The notes: generated from the sequence alone by a model not told the origin. A stretch of DNA of 62,560 nucleotides, filler included, from Hausera hauseri (GCA_046269625.1; 11 parts of 11 records of this genome joined end to end with filler, not necessarily neighbours in it), one strand, 5' to 3'. Counted from the whole stretch's first letter, positions 24,463-38,000 are shown. A program made the numbers and translations.

Positions 24463-25466
24463 CAGTTGAGCCCGCTTATAACGAAATCTGATATAATATA
24501 ATGAAATATCGGTTATAGCGGGATGTTTCTGATCCCCTTGAATCTGTCATACTAGAACCATGCTAAATTAACCTTCTATAACAAACCTCTAAAAATGTAA
24601 GCATCGGCTATAGAGAATTTTATTTGTCTTTTGAAATTTTCCAAAATTGTGACATAGCACATTTTCCTAACAAATCGTAAAAAAAAAAGGAGTATGTGTA
24701 AAGTTATTTCTAGTTTTGACAATGATGCAATCACCTCTGGCTTTAAAATTTCTAGAAACAGGGAAACCTTCTAAAAAATGAGTTGATTTGCTTCTTCTTA
24801 ACCTTTGGCTTTTTCAAGGGGTGGTTAAAGTCATCCCTTGAAGACTTGTTTCTTATTGTTTACGACACGCTAAATTGCTTCTGGACCACTCCTCCATAAG
24901 AATGATCCACATTTCTGAATTCTCCAGAATTTCTGGAATCTTCCCTTTTGAGCTTTGCGATTCTTTAGTGATCCTTTCTGCCTTCTGCTTGGCTATGAAT
25001 AAAGAGAAAATGTTTAACTTCAGAGACAAAAGTTGAGATAATTTAACTGGTTGAAGAAAATGCTACAAAAAAGAGCGACAAAACGTTTCCAAATTCATCC
25101 AAGTTCATCAACAATTCTGAAAAATAATACTAATTAGTTTTAGCAAAATAGAAAAAATATTATGCTGTTCAGAAAAAAGTTAGCTTTTTTTCATTAAAAT
25201 ATTAAAAAATTGCATATTGACAAATACTATTGTCACTTTTTACTTTATTTACTTAGTAATTTCATAGAAAAAGCAGGTAAATGCTTTTTCAGTTTCTTTT
25301 CATAATCCGAGAGCATTACATAGTGATAAGTATTGCCAAAATTTTTCTGGTAGTTTGCAGTTATATATGATTAGATTTAATTTTGGTTTGATCGGATATA
25401 GCGAATTTCGGATATAACGAAATATTCTCTTAGTCCCTTTCATTTCGTTATAAGCGAGCTCGACTG
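24463..25466. mobile_element. pogo/Tigger-like MITE (Tc1/mariner superfamily)
   Basis: TIRs CAGTTGAGCCCGCTTATAACGAAAT / ATTTCGTTATAAGCGAGCTCGACTG, flanked by TA on both sides. Subterminal GATATAACGAA-type repeats. Confidence 0.9.
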
Positions 25467-27329
25467 TACAAGATTTCTCTATCAGAAAGCAGTCGACTTC
25501 TATCGGTGACTACAGTGTTGTGTAGTCACTTCATAGTGTCTCTTTTGGCTTTAATTTAACCTCTTAAACCATTTAAACACGCCCAAGCTTCATTTAATCG
25601 CATTTCTTTCTATATCTTCATGTTTTCCCAAAATGGTGGCCTAAGATGCTATCATGTCTTGAGGTTTTGCAAAGCGAAATTCGGATGTTTTTAAATGCTT
25701 TAAGGGAATTTTCCTATTCTAAATTGGGGTGTTTGGTATGTTTTTAAAGCTGAGTTTTTGCTGAATTTAATGGTGGAACTCATTTGTGTGCAGCACCATT
25801 CATTAATTATGGGGATTTGTTTTAATTTCGACCTTTTTCTTGGGGGCTTGTCCACCTATCTCGTAAATTCGAGTCCCGAACAGGGAATGTAAATTTATGG
25901 GATGGGTGAACGAGTTGGGGCTAGTCGTTGTGCACATTTCTCATGCCTTTGGTTTTATATAGTTTTCTCCTTAACGGTCTTTTTGCGGGAGTGTTGTTTG
26001 TGGGTTTTTTTGACGTGTTGGCTATCTTTTAGGAGATGGCCTACGGCAATCTTGAGAACAAAATTTCAATGCACAGGCTGAAGAAGGGAAGATGGTGGAT
26101 GTTTTTGAATTGTTAACCATCATGCTGTCACTGAGAATGAATATTGTATAAATAATTGCCTTTTCTCGGCCCGAAATGTAATCCTTCGCAGATGCAGAGA
26201 AAAAGGAATTTTCCCTCTTAGGCCAAGCTGAGGCCTCAAGTGTAATTTATGCTATCTGGAATAAAGAGCTTGGTGTGGAAGTAACATCTATTTATTTGTG
26301 TTCGAGTGATTTTATGATGATCGGCGAATTTAGGAAGCCGGATTGCCATTCAAGGATGCTGTAGATGTTGATGGTGAACTAATCATACATTCCTGTCACG
26401 GTTATTGTGGCCACAACACAGCGATACAAGATACGTTCACAGACGATCATAGTGAATTTAGGAGTAAATTAAAATAGATGATTGGAAAATATTTATTTAT
26501 TGAGGTGCAGTTTTGAGAAATAATAATGAAGAGAATAGTGTAAGCAAAAGGTTCATAACATCACAACATTACCATCAAAATATTGCAATGAAACCTGAGC
26601 TCGTAGAATCCCAAAGCATTTCTTGCATATAAAGGCAAGTTGTTTAATAAGCCAGAGAACCAATATGACATTGTAAATAAAAAAAACTTTGAGAATGGTA
26701 AAGAGCTGCCGCTCTGTTTTCTCTGCTTGGTAGAAAAAATATATGGAATGCTGAAATTTAGATTTCAATCTTACCAGTTTTATGAAATAAAATTTAATTA
26801 AAAATTAACTGGTGGTTTCTAAATTTTGAATTAGCCTAAGTGTTCCCTTGTGACATAAGTGATAATTGACCAAAATTTGGTTAAGATAGGTCAAATGGTG
26901 TAGATTTGTGTGCTGTACATACACAGGTTTTGTTTTATATAGTAGTTTGATTTTAAATTTCAGATCATGAGAATTTTAATGTTGCTATCTTCTCAACTTG
27001 ATTATTGATGGAAAATTCATTGGCATCATTATAGTCGAATTTCAGCTATTTAACTGTATAGTTTTAAAGAGTTAAGAGATTCATTTCGGTTTGAAACAAT
27101 ATAAAAATAAGCAGTTTGCTGTCTCCTTTCAACATTCTGCCATAAGAATGTTTTTATTTTCTTAGTTTTTAACATTAGTTTGTTAAAACAAAGTAATGAC
27201 AGGTTTTATAATGTTCAGTATTTGTAGTTTGTCAGGACTCTGAGTGTGGTGAAACAGTAACAAAACTTCTGAATTATACCTGGAAAAGTCAGGGAAAACC
27301 AAAAATCTCTACTGCTGACCACCCTGATT

Positions 27330-28260
27330 AAATGTTTTTGAGACAGTTGCTGTTATACAACCCTTTATAACCAAATTCCAAACAGATGCACCCTTTTCCC
27401 CATTTTTGTATGAATCTTTAAAGAACTTGATCAAATCAGTTTTAGTTCATTTTATAAGGAAAGATATTTTTCATAGCACATCATCTGTTACTAATTTTGA
27501 TATACTCAACAAAACCAATATGAAGCAACTCAAAGAAGTTGATATGGGCTATGCTGTAAGAGTGGCCTTGAAAAAAAGTAAAGCATCTCCAGTTCAGGTC
27601 AACAGCTTTTTAAAATCTTGCCATGCTGCTCTACAAAAATTTGTGCTGAAACTGTTTGAATGATCGCCCATAAAGTATAAATTGACCAGAGGAATCGCTT
27701 GTTTAGATCCTGTAGTTTCAATTAATGAAAAATTAGCTACAAAGTGTCTGTCCTTGTGCTTGGAGATCTTAATCGTACATAATTGGATATCGGGAAATGA
27801 TCTGACAAAATTGATTTACAGTTTAAAGCAATCATCCAAAAGCCTGCGGTGGTTGAATTATTAAGGGCTTACGGTAGAAACCACAGGCTAGACCATTTTT
27901 AGATGAATATACTAGATTCCAATCATGGTTATTTGCAGCTGAAATTTGTTATTCAGTTTATTTTAATTTTGACTCATGGAAATGCAGCAGTCGAAAGAGG
28001 GCTTTCCATAAACAAGGATTGTTTCTTGTATAACCAAGCGGAAGAAAGTCTGATTGCTGTTCGTCTGGTTCATGATGCAGTGACTATAGCAGGGATTACT
28101 TCTGTAGAAATAAGTAAAGATATGATTCATGCTGCCAAAAATACCCATTGATTTTATAAAGATGCATTAAAAAATAAAAAACAAAAAGAAGCACTTAACA
28201 AACAAATTGAGAATGAAAAGAAAATACAGCTAAAAAGATGAAAGAACTGCAGCTTAAAAA
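27330..28260 (+). pseudogene. hAT-like transposase C-terminal relic
   Basis: PFITKFQTDAPFSPFLY, TRGIACLDP and ILTHGNAAVERGLSINK (hAT dimerisation-like motif). Confidence 0.7.
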
Positions 28261-28504
28261 ATGAAACTATTTTTAAAGCGTATTTTTCATGCATAAAACG
28301 CGAGTTTGCATGTTTAAATAAATGTAGCTTAAATATTAGATCAAAACGTGCGTGATGGACTGCGGAGGCTTTTACGTGCGCGTCACAATTGTCCTACTGA
28401 TGCGNNNNNNNNNNNNNNNNNNNNNNNNNNNNNNNNNNNNNNNNNNNNTTAATTAATTAANNNNNNNNNNNNNNNNNNNNNNNNNNNNNNNNNNNNNNNN
28501 NNNN

Positions 28505-29735
28505 TTGACCGGAAGTGATAAAACAATAATAACTTAACTTAGTTCACAATTAATCCATTTCAATGCAGTGAAGGTGACGACACCAAGAGTACTTTTTAAC
28601 AATTTATTTTTTCTTTCACTAACAGTTAAATTTTCGCATGTTTCAAAGTTATGAGTTCCCCCGCAATACAAACACTTGTCATTATCACTAGTGGCCGCCA
28701 ATAACTCCGAGGCGCTCGTTTTATTGGCGATCGAAGGTCGACAGTCTTTTCGAAGGTTAGAATTAAAATTTCCATAGGATCGAGCGGGAAACGAAACCGC
28801 TTCACTCACAGGCTTTTGAGTACTAAACTGACCGGCCTTCTCCCTCGCCGTTACCGATTTATACAAAAAATCCAAAAGTTTATTTAAATCGTGGCATGAA
28901 CTATCTATATGTTGTTTATTAAATTCTAGCGCCAAATCACTTGGAAGTAATCTAATTATAATGGAAGAAAGCAGCGTAGAATAAGTTTCGGATTTCACCC
29001 CCAGAGATTCTAGTGAACGTATTTGTGTTTGACAATCAAAATACAGATTACGTAAGGCCTGTATATTGGAAGAAGTTTTCAGAGGGGGAATAGAAAGCAA
29101 ATTTGACATATGAGCATTAATCAAAACATCCTTTTGCCCAAATGTTCCACTAATTAATGTTACTGCCTTCTTATAATTTTCTTCCGTAATTGCGAACCCT
29201 TTTATGCATGCAAGTGCTTTCCCACCTAAAGACGATTTTAAATAGCAGAATTTATCGATATTGGAAAGCGAAGGGTTTTTATCTACCGAATTTTCAAAAT
29301 GATTCCAAAAATTTAACCATTCTGATGGGTCTCCAAAATATTTAGGAAGTACAAGTTTTGGTAGTTTGACAATATTCTCAGAAACTCTGTGCTAAATATT
29401 AGTCACATCTACATTTTGCTTCTATTTTTCACCGGAAGTGCCTTTATTTTATTTTCTAATTTAACCTTCGCTGAAATTATGCTTTCCTGACACTCATCTA
29501 CGCGAATAATTTCCGCCTCTAAATCGTCATCTTCAATCGCGCTTTCTATATCCTTATCCAGTTCACAAAGTATTTGGCGTTTATTAATTAATTGTTCTAA
29601 AAGTACCTCACACGGCACTGTGTCAGTCTCGGTTCCCGCCAAACACTGATCTATTTTTGTCAATAACTGGGTTAACTGTCCCCTATGACCTCCCCGTTTC
29701 TTTATCAGTCTTTCTAAACTTTCTGAATTTGCCAT
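28505..29735 (-). pseudogene. BEL/Pao gag (DUF1759-like), frameshifted
   Basis: KKRGGHRGQLT, VKLPKLVLPKYFGDPSEWLNFWNHFENSV, DKFCYLKSSL, IRSLESLG and CLYCGGTHNFETC zinc knuckle. Confidence 0.88.
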
Positions 29736-29970
29736 TTCAATCAAATCAAACAAAGCAATAATATTCTAATATTCTAACAATGCTAAAAATCAAATATAAT
29801 ACAACAAATATTCCAAAAATGCTAAAGTCAACTATAATACGGCAATCTCAAATATAATACTATAATAAGAAGGGATATGAACAAGCGAAACCTGCCCCAC
29901 GAATGCAATTCAAATAAAAAGTAAACCAATTCGAACATACCTCTAGATTCCGCTAATCCTTTAATCACAA

Positions 29971-29992
29971 ATTCCCGTGCCTAGATGCACCA
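29971..29992 (-). promoter_or_regulatory. Primer-binding site, tRNA-Gly-like
   Basis: TGGTGCATCTAGGCACGGGAAT directly after the LTR end. Resembles the complement of the tRNA-Gly 3' end (TGGTGCATTGGCCGGGAAT). Confidence 0.7.
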
Positions 29993-30321
29993 TGAAGACG
30001 AATGATGCGAAGTAGATACTATGTGGTTCAGTGGATTTTATAACACTTCGCCATTCTGTAAACAATTATTCAATATCTCTAGACTATATTTTATTTATTT
30101 ACATACGTACATCGATAATTACTCTATAACACAATCTCAACCATATTGGTAGGAATAACAAGTACATTCTATATCACCGAGACGATTCGAAACGAAAACT
30201 AAAACTAAACTAAACTAAAGATAATATACATCTAGATTTTACATAACAGCTCCACCTAGCATCGAGACGATGAGCTGACACGAAAAACAGTTTGAGGAGC
30301 GGAAATTACAAAGATTCTTCA
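29993..30321 (-). repeat. BEL/Pao LTR (329 bp)
   Basis: Inverted termini TGAAGA...TCTTCA, preceded by PPT GGTGGGGAG and followed by the PBS. Confidence 0.85.
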
Positions 30322-30586
30322 CACTCCCCACCGGTGAACAATATGTTCACCTACTATATCTAAATACACTAATACAGCACAATAATATAATCATTAAATA
30401 TATAAAACATTTACATTACAACACTCTACATATCAAATTAAAGTACTAAATCTATACATTGCAACTTCAAAAGTATGAGTATAATAATTAAAACATAATT
30501 AGTAATAACAACAAATTTTCAAAACCAAATCAACATTTTAAAATTAAAACATTAAATTCAATTATCACCAAATTTGAAATACAGGA

Positions 30587-32602
30587 TTAATGGCATAGGT
30601 CCAGTTCTAAAGGATAAAGTAATTGTACTGGTTTTCGAAACAGTCCTTTTTTTGTTTTCACTACACAAGCTCGAACATTTTTGTCTCTACCCTCAAACAC
30701 CTCTTTAATAATGGCCAATTCCCACAGTAGCTTAGATTTGCTAGTTCCTTCAACCAGAACTACATCTCCAGGTTTTAAATTTCTGTGGACTTGAGGCGTT
30801 TTATAATTATGAGCAGAACGAAGCTGAAGCAAATATTGTTCCTTCCATCTCTTCCACAACTGTTTAAGAATGACAGTGTGATATAGTTTCCTTCTCAAAA
30901 GTGATTCTTTGTTTTTGTTCGTATTAGTCAGTTCGGCAAAAGGCAACGGAAAGTCAACATCACGTCGGCCAAAATGGAGAAAATGAGCTGGGGTCAATGA
31001 TTCAAGCTCATCCCCACTCTCAGGAGCGTAAGTGAAAGGTCTAAGATTAACTATATTTTCTATTTCTGTCAAGACCGTAGAAAGTTCCTCATAGGTTAGG
31101 AGTGCTCGTCCAAGAATTTTCCTAAGAGGTTCCTTTACTGTTTTCACAAGTCTTTCATAGAACCCTCCCCACCATGGGGCTCGTTCGACTATAAATTTCC
31201 ATGACACATTCTCTTTTGTTATAAGATCTTGAAGTTCATTATCCTTTAAAATATCCGCAAAATGTTTCAGTTCCCTTTCAGCGCATTTAAAGACCTTTGC
31301 ATTGTCAGAGTAAATAACACTGCAATTTCCTCTTCGCGAGAGGAATCTACGAAGTGCCAGAAGAAAACATTTTGTTGACATGGCTGAAACGAGCTCTAAA
31401 TGAACAGCTCTAGTTACTCCACATGTAAATAAAGCAATATATGCCTTGCTATTAGTCTTATCATTTTTTACATAAATAGGACCTGCAAAGTCAAGTCCAA
31501 CTACACTAAAACAAGGAGCTTCAACTATTCTGTCTCGAGGTAACTGTGCTGTCAACTGATCAGCAGGTTTCGACAAATATTTTCTACAAACTAAACAGTT
31601 ATTTACAAGTTTTTTGACTAACTGGCGTCCTTTTGGTATCCAATAGGTACGTCTAATTTGTGTCAGGGTTGCCGAAACACCACAATGTGCGATTTTTTCG
31701 TGTTCTCTGATAACTAACAACTCCGTAAATTTTGCCTGCCGAGGTAACAGAATAGGTTGTTTTTCCCATTCATTGAGATCAGTTTCCTCTAATCGACCTT
31801 TGATTCTAAGAATGTTTGCATCTAAGAAAGGAACTAAACATCGAATTTTAGAATTATTTCGAATTTGTCTATTGTTTCTAAGATCATAAATTTCTTCAGC
31901 AAAAAATTCGGCCTGAATTTTCATTATCCAAAATCGTTCAGCTTGTTGTATTTCCTCAGCTGAAAGAAACAAATTATCAATTTTAACATTTCTAGTATTT
32001 TGTACGAATCGCAAGATCCAGGCGGTGATTCTCAATATTCTAGTCAAGCTGCTGTATCTATTTAAATGCAACAGTGGCTCATTAATTTCGACAATACATT
32101 TATTCTGTAATGCATCACTAAAATTTTTACGCAATTCGAGTTTATCATCATCTACTCTTGTCTCATCCATCAAGGGCCAAAATTCTGAAGATTTCCTTAA
32201 CCAAGGTGGACCACACCACCACAATTTGCATTTCAGCAATTCCGCTGCCGATAACCCTCGAGAAAGGATATCTGCTGGATTATCCCTCACAGGGCAATGA
32301 AACCATCTTGACGGGTCTGTCAGAGTTTGAATTTCTTCTATTCTATTTTTTACAAAGGGTTTAAATTTAGAAGAATTCCCTTGAATCCAAAAATGTACAA
32401 TTTTCGAATCAGTCCAATGAAAGCATGTAGCACTAAATTTAAGACATTTTGAAACTTGTTTAGTTAACCTAGCTGACAATAGAGCTCCCATTAACTCTAG
32501 ACGAGGCAAAGTTAATGATTTTAATGGGGCAACTCTGCTCTTTGAACAAATAAAACTGGTATAAATTTGGTTATTTTGGGTAACTGTTCGAAGGTATAAC
32601 AC
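30587..32602 (-). CDS. BEL/Pao pol C-terminus: RNase H, integrase, DUF5641-like domain (uninterrupted, 5'-truncated)
   Basis: SKSRVAPLK..TLPRLELMGA, WTDS, NPADILSRG, GLDFAGP, TRAVHLELV, YSDNA, APWWGGFYERLV, LTPAHFL, WKRWKEQYL and LYPLE. Confidence 0.95.
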   Translation of the reverse strand: MLYLRTVTQNNQIYTSFICSKSRVAPLKSLTLPRLELMGALLSARLTKQVSKCLKFSATCFHWTDSKIVHFWIQGNSSKFKPFVKNRIEEIQTLTDPSRWFHCPVRDNPADILSRGLSAAELLKCKLWWCGPPWLRKSSEFWPLMDETRVDDDKLELRKNFSDALQNKCIVEINEPLLHLNRYSSLTRILRITAWILRFVQNTRNVKIDNLFLSAEEIQQAERFWIMKIQAEFFAEEIYDLRNNRQIRNNSKIRCLVPFLDANILRIKGRLEETDLNEWEKQPILLPRQAKFTELLVIREHEKIAHCGVSATLTQIRRTYWIPKGRQLVKKLVNNCLVCRKYLSKPADQLTAQLPRDRIVEAPCFSVVGLDFAGPIYVKNDKTNSKAYIALFTCGVTRAVHLELVSAMSTKCFLLALRRFLSRRGNCSVIYSDNAKVFKCAERELKHFADILKDNELQDLITKENVSWKFIVERAPWWGGFYERLVKTVKEPLRKILGRALLTYEELSTVLTEIENIVNLRPFTYAPESGDELESLTPAHFLHFGRRDVDFPLPFAELTNTNKNKESLLRRKLYHTVILKQLWKRWKEQYLLQLRSAHNYKTPQVHRNLKPGDVVLVEGTSKSKLLWELAIIKEVFEGRDKNVRACVVKTKKGLFRKPVQLLYPLELDLCH

Positions 32603-32945
32603 AGTTCCATAAGCCTTTTTGCNNNNNNNNNNNNNNNNNNNNNNNNNNNNNNNNNNNNNNNNNNNNTTAATTAATTAANNNNNNNNNNNNNNNNNNNNNN
32701 NNNNNNNNNNNNNNNNNNNNNNCAGGGCAGGCTGCAGTGGGCTCCAGAAGCAACGGTTTTTGGCATCCCACTTCTGACACCAATTTATACGTAAATCTGG
32801 GATAAAAAATCTAAAGATTAGATTTTAAAAACTGCAAGAACTACATGACATTTAAAACAACTCTGACAATAAATGATAAGAAATTTCGTTTAAAATGTCG
32901 AAATTCAAAATGTGCGTAAAAAATCAATTTTATTCAAAGCAAATT

Positions 32946-34452
32946 TCAATTGTTGAAAACAAGTTTACAATATCGAAACAAAACGAATTTCAGTAATTCA
33001 TTAGATTCGACAGCAACGATAGTTTGTAATGATTGTTGACTCATTCTCTTTGACTTGTGTTTCACTGGAATTACAGTGTGCAAAAATGCTATGGATTGGA
33101 TTAAGAAATCCGACTCGCTAACATGTTCAACAACTTGGGTATTTTTCAGCAATTTTGAATCATCTTGAGATACTTTAAACAAAGTAGCGAACATATTGAA
33201 ATAAGTAGCCGTGCGACACATGTATCGTCTAACGTTCGACAATGCGTCCGTTTGTACCCATTGGTAGATTTTTTCCAACAGTCTTCGATCAAACTGAAAT
33301 GTGGGAAATAAGAATACAATTGATTTCAATGACATTTCGACGATCGTTTTTCTGTGCATGTCGATATCAAGGTATTGCGGTAAATCGAAAAACTTAAATA
33401 CCAAGTTCCATAATTCGACATTCTCATCGTCCATATCCCATTTCTTGTTCAAGTACTTCAAATGGCAACCAAATAGACTTATACTTCCGGACATAAATGA
33501 AATACTCCGTCTTTCAATTCCATCATCAATCAACATTATACAGGCGTCAATTAGTGACGTGGAATCTTTCGTTTTAGACAATTTCAATCGCATATTCTTC
33601 TGATAATATATAGATCGTTCCGATAGTTTTTTCAACTGCCCATCAGTCTGTGTTAAATTACAAAGACACACAAGAAGTCCACTCAAGTTCGCCCAACCTA
33701 TAATTGCAAAATCTTGAGTGGAAACAATTGAGTAAATTACTGCCAAGGCTGATTCTACGTTCTCACCGAGAATATTTGTTGAAAGACCGATATTTATTAC
33801 TGCTATGGCGTTTGTGAAAATTGCTGACAATTCATCAAATGGCCTAGCTCGTTTCTTTCCAGATTCCAAGTAAAACAAAACACAATCAAGGCATTGATTC
33901 AAAAAAAATTTTTCTTCTGCCGAAAACTGAATCATAAATGTCGATATAACAGAATCGATCTTGTATTCTTCTTTAACCGATATCATAAACACTAGAAGCA
34001 ACCAAAGACAACGAGAATTTGATGCATTGGACAAACTCTACCAATTCCTTATAAAATACAACAGCTCCTTTCTTGGAAATATCCGAACATCTTTGTATGA
34101 ATTTCGAGACAAATTCGACCTTATTCGAAATGCTTCTTGATTCCTGTTTATGATTATCGGTAGAGTCTCACTAATTATCGAACTTAACACATTATTTAAT
34201 CGAAAATCTTTCCGTGATGCTAAATCGGAATCAATCAAATTCATCAATAGTAAGAGATTAAATGTTTTTGTGCCGGATGAATAAATGAGACATTTTGTTA
34301 TATCGTTTAAGTCGATTGTGATTGATAATTTTTTTGTCCAGTGCCATATTTTCATTGAGCATTGCAGAAGCTATTTTGTCAAAACATGTCATGAGTGATA
34401 CGGTAAATTTCACAATAATGTTATCGAAATTATTATCCTGGGTTTCATTCAA
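32946..34452 (-). pseudogene. Unidentified helical eukaryotic protein, split into adjoining ORFs
   Basis: 362-aa, 105-aa and 64-aa ORFs abut across a stop and a frameshift. No family recognised. Confidence 0.35.
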
Positions 34453-34946
34453 ATTTGTTTCCGTTTCATAATCTTTACACTTTTTTCGGAAACTGGTAAC
34501 TGAACCTGCATAATATCGACACCTATTTTGACACCAAGACCAGCAGTCAGAACTGTATAATTACCTTGGTGTGAAAGTTTAAAATCGAGTGATCGAGGAT
34601 AGGTAAGACGTTCCATAGAACTCATACCAAGACCAGTTACGCCTCCGTTAGTCAAACTGCTGAAGTGAGGTCGGGTGTAGATACTTGCGGAATTTGTACT
34701 GGATACGTTTGCACTAAAATTTGATCGTGATTCTAACGGGGTCGGAGGGGGATCCGACGTTAGATGATGAAATTCGGCGTTATGGTTAGGATCAATCATT
34801 GGGTTAGACATATAACTCGGAATAGTCTGAGAAACGGATGTTGCACTGTATTGAATATCATGAGAGGAAGCGTTTATATCGCGAAGTGATTTAGCGGCTA
34901 ACTCCAAAGACTTTTCGAATTTTAATGACTCACGACTGACGAACAT
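34449..34946 (-). CDS. Unidentified Ser/Pro-rich ORF fragment
   Basis: 165-aa ORF with no recognisable domain. Confidence 0.25.
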   Translation of the reverse strand: MFVSRESLKFEKSLELAAKSLRDINASSHDIQYSATSVSQTIPSYMSNPMIDPNHNAEFHHLTSDPPPTPLESRSNFSANVSSTNSASIYTRPHFSSLTNGGVTGLGMSSMERLTYPRSLDFKLSHQGNYTVLTAGLGVKIGVDIMQVQLPVSEKSVKIMKRKQI

Positions 34947-34954
34947 TTTCTTTC

Positions 34955-35073
34955 GAGGCGGAAAATCGGGGTCTGCCTATGTGCCGACGTGCTAGTAGCG
35001 GAAGCTCGGCCGTGCCCAACCGAATGGGCCAGAGGGCGACGATCGATGCGGCATTACATCACCCCCCGCCCCC
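34955..35073 (-). repeat. gypsy PPT and truncated 3' LTR
   Basis: PPT GGGGGCGGGGGGTGA (35059-35073) followed by TGTAATG at 35058. The GC-rich stretch ends abruptly near 34955. Confidence 0.6.
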
Positions 35074-38000
35074 GTGACAAAGTTGAAACTATGAAGGATA
35101 AAAGATGGAGAGAAAAACCGCAGAACGAAAAGTGTTTGTGTCAGTTGAGCTTAGTGTGCATAAGACGTTGAATACATTGAACTGCTTTTCCCTACTATAC
35201 TTGCTGAATGTGACTCTGCGTGTTGTGTGTATATGCGATGTGTTTGTTTGCAGATGTTGAGGTTGGGGAAAAATTGTTACATTTTGGTGTAGGTGTTGTG
35301 TCGTGAAAAGATGAATCGGAATAAAGAGAAGAAGACGAAGAAGGAAGATGGGTTGTTGAAGACAGATGGTTAAAGCATTGGAAAGGGTATTAGGAGACGA
35401 GGGAGTGATGAAAGGTGTAGTGGCAGATAAAGGAAGAGACGAAAAAGTTAAAGTAGAGATTGAAGTTTTGTTTAGTGGAAGAGTGGAAGAGGAAGATAAA
35501 ACAGACGGAGTGATAGGAATAGACGTAGGAAGTGTAGGAAATGATGGAGCAGGACTAAGCGCAGAAGAAGAAGGTGGAAATGGTGTAGCAATAGATGTAG
35601 TAATAGCAAAAGTGGAAGAGTAAGAAAAGAGTTTGGCGTGTCGGTTGGTAAGGTGTCATCTACAAAGAAAGCGGGTTTTAAGTTGGTGATGTGTACTGTG
35701 AGGTCTTTGCCGTCTTTGGAGATAATGGTGTTGTGTGAGTGTAGCTGTATAAGTTTATAGGGCTTCAGATACCGTGGCTGGAAACCATAAGGCGCTTGAT
35801 TCTTTAGCCATACTAATTTCACCGAATACAAATCTTCGGGTATGTTTTGTTTTTTGTGAAGTAGTCTGCAGAACGAATCTTTGCTGACCTCGTCGAAGTG
35901 ATTTTGCGCCGCCTGTATCGTCTTATCCGTGGGAGTGTCGTCTAGGGCGGTTAGTTCAAATAATGATCGGACAGGAGCTCCGAATAAGGCTCCAGTAGGT
36001 GAGCATCCTGTAGAAGTGGTCGGAGTGTTCCGACAGCCGAGCAGAACGAACGGAAGAAGATTCGTCCAACTAGTGTTGGACTCTGCCTGAATTTTTAGTG
36101 ACGTTTTCAATGTTCGGTGGAAACGTTCTAGAATGCCATTCGATTGGGGGTGATAAGGCGTAGTATGTATGTGGTGGATCCCAAATCGGTTAGTGAGGAT
36201 TTGAACAGGTTGGATTCAAACTGTGGACCCTGGTCCGTGATGATGAAGCAATATGATCCAAACCTGCTAATCCATGTGCGAATGAAAACGTCAGCTATGG
36301 TGTCGGTGTTTGTGCTCCGCAGAGGGATGGCTTCTGGCCATCGCGAGGAACGGTCCATCGTGGTGAGGATAAATTGATGACCGTTGTCTGGAGGAAGGGG
36401 GCCAACGATGTCGATATGCACGGATTCGATGTGCAGTGAAAGTGGAACAGTGGTGGCTTTAAATTCTTAGCTGTTTTGTATTTTTGGCAAGCCACACACT
36501 CATTAACTTATGCCTGCACATCAGAACGCATTGACGGCCATATTACTTGTTGATGGAGTAGACGAAAAGTGGCTTTAGCACCAGGATGGTGTTGTGAATG
36601 CACGCTGTGAAAAGCTTGCCTTTGCAATAATGGTGCTAGAATTATTACTGAATGGCTTGGTTTGGAGGTGTCTAAAGCCACTCCGTCAACGATTTTGCAA
36701 GACTTAAAAGACTTAAGCATGTCTTGAGGTGGCTGGTTCTGTTGAAGTTGATCTTGTGTAAAAATCGGAGAAAAACTAATCGAACGAACCGACCTAGATA
36801 AAAAATAAGCAACCAAATTGCTAATCCCGTTCATATGTTTAATATCAAAGTTAAATGTCGATAAGTATGATATTTGTTGTTCATGGCGTGTGAAAGAGTG
36901 TTTCATAGCCATGATGTTAAGTAAGGGCTTGTGATCGGTTTGTAGCGTGAAATTACGAGCGATAAGTAGATGTGAGAAATACTTTAAAGCGAGAACGATA
37001 GCCAATAGTTCTCTATCGAACGTGGACTATCTGGTTTCAGGTGCTGTTAGCTTGCTAGAGAAAAATTCTAATGGTTGATTTCCTCCCTTGTAGATCTGGT
37101 AGAGTACAGCGTCTACTGCAGTGGTTGACGCGTCTGTAGTAAGGATGAGTTCTGCATCAGGCTAGGGGAAAGTTAGAATATCGACGGTTTTGATTCCTTC
37201 GCGTAGCTTGTCAAATTTGTCAACCAATTTAGGTGTCCACTGGATTGGTTGATGTTTTTTGCCTCCGCTTAGGTGTGCGAATAGTGCTGTCAATTCGGTG
37301 CAATATGGTACATATTTATGTACAAAGTGTAGTGTGCCAAAGAAGCTACGCATTTCGGTGGTCGTACGTGGCAAATGGATGTTTTTAAGAGCTTCGACTC
37401 GGTCTGATTGCGGGGAATGACCGTCTGGCGTAATAACGTGGCCTAAAAAGTTAATACGCTTTTTGGAGAAATGGCATCTGTCGAAATTGATTTGGAGATT
37501 ATGGTGGTTAAGACGTTGGAATATTGCACGAAGGTGTTCTTCGTGTTGTTTGGCCAAAGATGAAACGACTAGAATATCATCGATATAAGGGTGTGAAATG
37601 GGAAATCTTGAAGAATGGAATCAATTTGGCGCTGAAAAATTTGTGCGGCATTTCGCAAACCGAATGGCATAAATAATTATTTATAGAAACCAAAAGGAGT
37701 AGTTACTGCAGTTTTTTCTATGTCTTCGGGTGCTACCGGTATTTGATGGTATGCTTTAGCTAAATCAATGGTTGAATAGATGGTGGTTGAGATAAAGCTA
37801 TGCAAGATATCCTTGATGAGTGGTAAAGGGTATACAACAATAATATTCAAGTTGTTAAGCTGTCGGTAGTTACCGCATGGTCTAAAGGTACCGTCCTTTT
37901 TTGTACAACATGTATTGGTGATGACCAAGGAGATTTGGAACGGCGTACTATTCTTGAATGTTCTAGCTCAAGAAATTCGGCTTCTACGGCCTGTCTACGA

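Larger units (their letters stand above)
28505..32622 (-). mobile_element. BEL/Pao LTR retrotransposon: pol 3' end, LTR, gag 5' end
   Basis: Pao RNase H/integrase, PPT, single LTR, PBS and DUF1759-type gag. Confidence 0.93.

Noticed and set aside
35366-35640. Leu/His-rich or Val/Glu/Gly-rich ORFs as a membrane cargo of gypsy G3
   Set aside because: Alternative frames of a pyrimidine-rich, Ser/Thr/Pro low-complexity integrase tail. No signal peptide or Cys domains.
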